A DNA stretch of 63,889 nt, the filler included, from an uncultured Methanosarcinales archaeon (lineage in GTDB: Archaea > Nanobdellota > Nanobdellia > Woesearchaeales > CAYZNE01), in NCBI GenBank assembly GCA_964405295.1. It is 7 parts of 7 records of this genome, joined end to end, with 100 filler letters (N's around TTAATTAATTAA, not from the genome) between each part and the next. Parts side by side here need not be neighbours in the genome. Positions count along the whole stretch, not along the records: positions 60,304 to 63,889 come from CAYONI010000058.1; 6 more parts are not named here. One strand, given 5' to 3'. The translations under genes were made by a program, and so were the position numbers. The stretch's first letter is position 1, and each line of letters starts with the position of its first letter. Under the pieces are notes generated by a model that did not search any database, was not told where the DNA came from, and was given only the letters and a program-made list of their open reading frames with translations. This document shows positions 60,204 to 63,889 of the stretch, piece after piece.

Positions 60204-60303
60204 NNNNNNNNNNNNNNNNNNNNNNNNNNNNNNNNNNNNNNNNNNNNTTAATTAATTAANNNNNNNNNNNNNNNNNNNNNNNNNNNNNNNNNNNNNNNNN
60301 NNN

Positions 60304-63298
60304 GGATATTTTTAATCAATCTAATAAACTTAGCTTTATCTTCTGCTCTTAGTTTAGATTCTTCTAGTTTATTAATTATATCAGTTTGAACTTGTCTAGC
60401 TTCTTTTTTAGTTTTAATTTCACCTTCTTTAATTCCTTGAATATGTCTTGTAAATGTTTCTCTAAATCCTTTAAGTTCTGCTTTTCTAATTGCTTTTTCT
60501 TTTCTTAGTTCTAATATATTTTTTTGCCTAGCAAGTCTTTGTTCACCTTTTCTTTTTTCTTTAATAACAGGAACTTTTTTAGCTATTTTCCTAGTTATAT
60601 CTTTTTCAATACCTTTAACAAATCTTTTCTTTTCAGCAATAGCTTTTTTAGTCTCTTTTTTTACTTCTACTTTAGCAACTTCTTTTACAACTTTCTTAGT
60701 AGGTTTATTAGCTTCTTTATATATTTGTTCTAGTTGGGATATTGTTTCTTTTTGAACCTTTAATTCATTAAGTCTTTCTTTATTAGATTTAACTAATTGT
60801 TTATAAAAATTATCCTTTTCGGCTTTTTCTATAACATCTTTAACAACATTTTCTTGATTTTTAATTTTAAAATCAATGAGTTCAATATTACTTTTTGGTT
60901 TAGATATAATTTTTACATCATTTTCACTAAAGTATGAACTGGTATCCCTTGCCGTTCCTTCTCTTAGACTTTTTAAATGTTCTCCAAAACCAAGCCTTTT
61001 GGCATTATTTATATTTTTAGCAGGAACATTATATTGTTTTCCTCCAATTTCAACTGTAAACTCTTTGGACTGTTTGGACTGTCTAAAATCTATTTGTTTC
61101 TCAACAAACTCCTCTACACTCTTAGCATTCTTAGCTTGTTCTGATAAAGATGTATCAGTTGTTTCTTTATTAGCATCTTTATATATTTGTTCTAGTTGGG
61201 GTTTGGTTTTGACTATATTGGCATTGACAATGGCTGATTCTGGTACAAGACCTTGAGGGTCAACTCCATATTCTACAACATCATATCCTTTAGATTTAGC
61301 ATATTTTGCGATTTCTATCCCATCACCATTGTCTTTTGGTATAGCAAATCCATCTTCCATATTATAAAGTTCTTTTGGTGTATTATTAAATGTGAGAACT
61401 TTAGCTTCAGGATTTATATAAAGTTCCTCTATTTTTACTTTAGAATTTAAATACCCTTCAGCTACGCTTTTTTTAGGAGAAACAAATAAGCCATCATCAG
61501 TTAATAATTTTACATCAAAACTTTTATCAGTTGCTCTATAAACTAATTTATTACTCTTAATAAACTCCTCTACACTCTTAGCATTCTTAGCTTGTTCTAA
61601 TAGAGAGGTATCAGATACCACTTTTGTTGGTTTAACCTCGCTAACAGCCTCCTGTGGCTTCTGAGGGGGTGTTATTTCAACTTTCTTTATTTCTTCTTGT
61701 CTTAATTCATCTAATTCTTTATTTATATTATCAAGATTAGTTTGTATATTTTTTCTTACATTTTTATTGGTAGTTTTTCTTAATTGTGTCATTAAAGATT
61801 TATAAGTTCCTATAAGTTGTTTTTCTTGTGGAGTATAAGGAACTGTATCTGATTTAGATACATCTTTTATAGATAAACCAACATTACCTTCACTAACTTT
61901 TTGTAATCCTTTAGCTACAACAGTTCCACCACCACCCATAATTCCAAGAGTAATAATCTCATCTATAAGTCTATCAGTTCCTTCTTTAGTTATAAATGGA
62001 GCATAGTATTTTCTTTCTTCTATAGGAGCTTGTCCTAGTTCAGTTATTTCCTCTTCTAATACCTCAGAAACCATAGAATCAAATTTAACCTTATCCAATA
62101 TATCTATAAATGCTTTAGGAGTTCCTTTAACATTCTTGATATTCATATATCTATTTACAAATCCTAATTTAACAGAATCAAAAATTTCATCTAATGAACC
62201 ACCTAGATATTCAACTCCACCTTCTATCATCCTACTAATAGAAGTTCTTATTATATCTTCTGCTAGACTATTTTTATTTTCAGGATTTTTATGATAAGCC
62301 TGTAAAAATTCAGGTTGTAATTGCTTACTATCCTGTATTGTTTTATTTAAAACATCTGCTCCAAGTTGAGGAACATTTGTCATAGAAGCTAAAGCACCAC
62401 CAGTTAGTCTTGCTCCTAATCTTGCTAAAAATGGAGTAGCTTTAGTCATAGCTCCTAATTTAGAAGTAATACCAGTAACACCAGCACCAACAGATAATTC
62501 AGTCATAAACTTTAAAGAACCTGCTAGAGATTTAACTACTCTATCAGTTCTACCCTTATCTACTTGAAAGTTTTTAGCTCTTATCTTTTCTAGTTCTGCT
62601 TTCTCTTGTCTTGATAATTCTTCTCCTCTTTCTAATTTACCTTTAATCTTATTAGCTTCAACAGCACTCATTACATTAAATACAGTTCCTAAGAACGGCA
62701 TATATTCTTCAGCAGTTAAACCTAAATCATCGAATGCTATATCTAAAGATCTAAGAAAAGTAGGTTTATTTCTTAATACTTCTAAATTATTTTCATATAA
62801 CTGTCTAGCTTTTATCAAGTCATTTCTTCTTTGAACATCTTTTATCTTTAAATCTCCACTTAATACTCCTTTTAAATCGCTACCAACTGTTCCACTTATA
62901 TCTTCATCTCTCAACATCAAATCAATATTAGATATAGCTCCTTTGACTCCTTGAATTAAATTTCTTTTTTCATCAAGTTCTTTAGTAGATTTAATTTTAA
63001 TTTCAGGAAATGTTGGTTTAGTTGTTTTTACATCTAACCTATCTAAAAAAGTAGTTGGTTTTTTAACACTAACTTTAGTAGTATCTATTGGTTTTACTAC
63101 ATTTAAACTAGGTATTTTAATAGGTTGTCCTTGATATTGAGGTCTATCTTTAACTACTATCTTTGACATACTTATAGGACTAACAACTCTAACTTGTGGT
63201 TTAGGTTGAGTATTAAAATAACTTTGTTGTGGTTGGTTAAATGGTTGGTTAATAGTAGGAGTTTTTAACCTCTTTAATCTATCTAAAAGTAATGACAT
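60304..63298 (-). CDS. Large polyvalent / internal virion (ejection-type) protein, 3' partial, with ART-like domain
   Basis: >990 aa; G/A-rich helices with EGGVE and EVLEEEITE; ART-like LVYRA..GLFVS..VAEGY...GYDVV..E..V; internal repeats. Confidence 0.7.
60704..61614 (-). repeat. Two pairs of direct repeats bracketing two unrelated domains
   Basis: 37-bp identical 61562-61598/61106-61142; 35-bp with 1 mismatch 61166-61200/60704-60738. Confidence 0.95.
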
Positions 63299-63311
63299 AA
63301 TTTTTTATATT

Positions 63312-63889
63312 TTAATAATTTCCTAAAGTTGTTTTTATTTGTTTGTCAGTATAGTTTTGAAGTCTTAATTTCTCTACTTGTTTCATAATATCAGCCAAAT
63401 CATCTTCATCTAACACATTACTACTAGTAGTCTTTAAAAACTCAGCATCAATAAAATTTCCTAGAATTTCTTCTTCTGGAGCATTGTATTGAGTAGATGT
63501 TTGTCCTGACATTATACTTCTCAATGTTTTAACTTTTTTATCCCAATTAGGTATAGCTTCTACACTATTTGGATCAAAATATCCTTTTCCAGTATCATCT
63601 ACTTGAGGTTTAAGCATTTCTATAACAGCTTCTAATCCGTCAGTAGCAATTATTTCTCCCATAGCATCTATTTCAGCAACAGTGAATCCAGCTGATAATA
63701 GTCTATTCTTTGTTGCTTGACTACTAAATATTTTAGAACCCTCTGTTGGAGTTGCTTTAGGAGCGGTAGGTTTATAAGCAGGTCCAGCATTCTTTCTATA
63801 TAGCTCTTCTCCAGTTTCTTTATCAATAGCAACTTTATATTTAATACCACCTACAATTTCATCATATACATATTCAGTAGTAGTATCTT
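63312..63889 (-). CDS. Hypothetical phage protein, 5' partial (possibly internal virion)
   Basis: Frame stays open from the window end through the annotated 63312-63662 ORF. Confidence 0.7.
   Translation of the reverse strand, partial: DTTTEYVYDEIVGGIKYKVAIDKETGEELYRKNAGPAYKPTAPKATPTEGSKIFSSQATKNRLLSAGFTVAEIDAMGEIIATDGLEAVIEMLKPQVDDTGKGYFDPNSVEAIPNWDKKVKTLRSIMSGQTSTQYNAPEEEILGNFIDAEFLKTTSSNVLDEDDLADIMKQVEKLRLQNYTDKQIKTTLGNY

Noticed and set aside
60704..61614. Diversity-generating retroelement or CRISPR array
   Set aside because: No reverse transcriptase, no adenine-specific mismatches and no regular repeat-spacer period; the repeats are in-frame domain borders.
51906..63889. Alternative genetic code in the AT-rich phage contigs
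   Set aside because: Long ORFs are intact in code 11, and TAA, TAG and TGA all terminate genes.

Overview
This window is not one continuous locus. It is seven contigs joined by 100-nt N spacers carrying the artificial all-frame stop linker TTAATTAATTAA, plus three plain N scaffold gaps. (1) 1-14440 and (2) 14541-24596 are AT-rich archaeal chromosome, most likely DPANN/Woesearchaeota-like: trxB/trxA, AlkD, topoisomerase VI B/A, R15P isomerase, DRG GTPase, galE, tRNA-Ser(GCT), an ArmA/Rmt-like methyltransferase, Rpp21, TrmI, ppsA, glyS and the 5' end of 16S rRNA. The two contigs share a 114-nt structured non-coding element with covarying stems. (3) 24697-33881 is a bacterial (CPR-like) defence island with HEPN, PD-(D/E)xK-like, AbiEii-WYL-Zn finger, PIN-like, UvrD and N6-adenine MTase genes, arranged in a duplicated frame with swapped cargo. 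(4) 33982-43063 is the head module of an archaeal tailed virus. (5) 43164-51805 is a GC-rich tail module with a predicted -1 frameshifted chaperone. (6) 51906-60203 is a bacterial phage head module whose major capsid gene is split by an HNH-carrying group I intron and followed by three glycosyltransferases. (7) 60304-63889 is a large phage polyvalent/ejection-type protein containing two unrelated domains, one ADP-ribosyltransferase-like, each bracketed by the same near-identical DNA repeats. All family calls come from motifs read by eye; no database searches were run.
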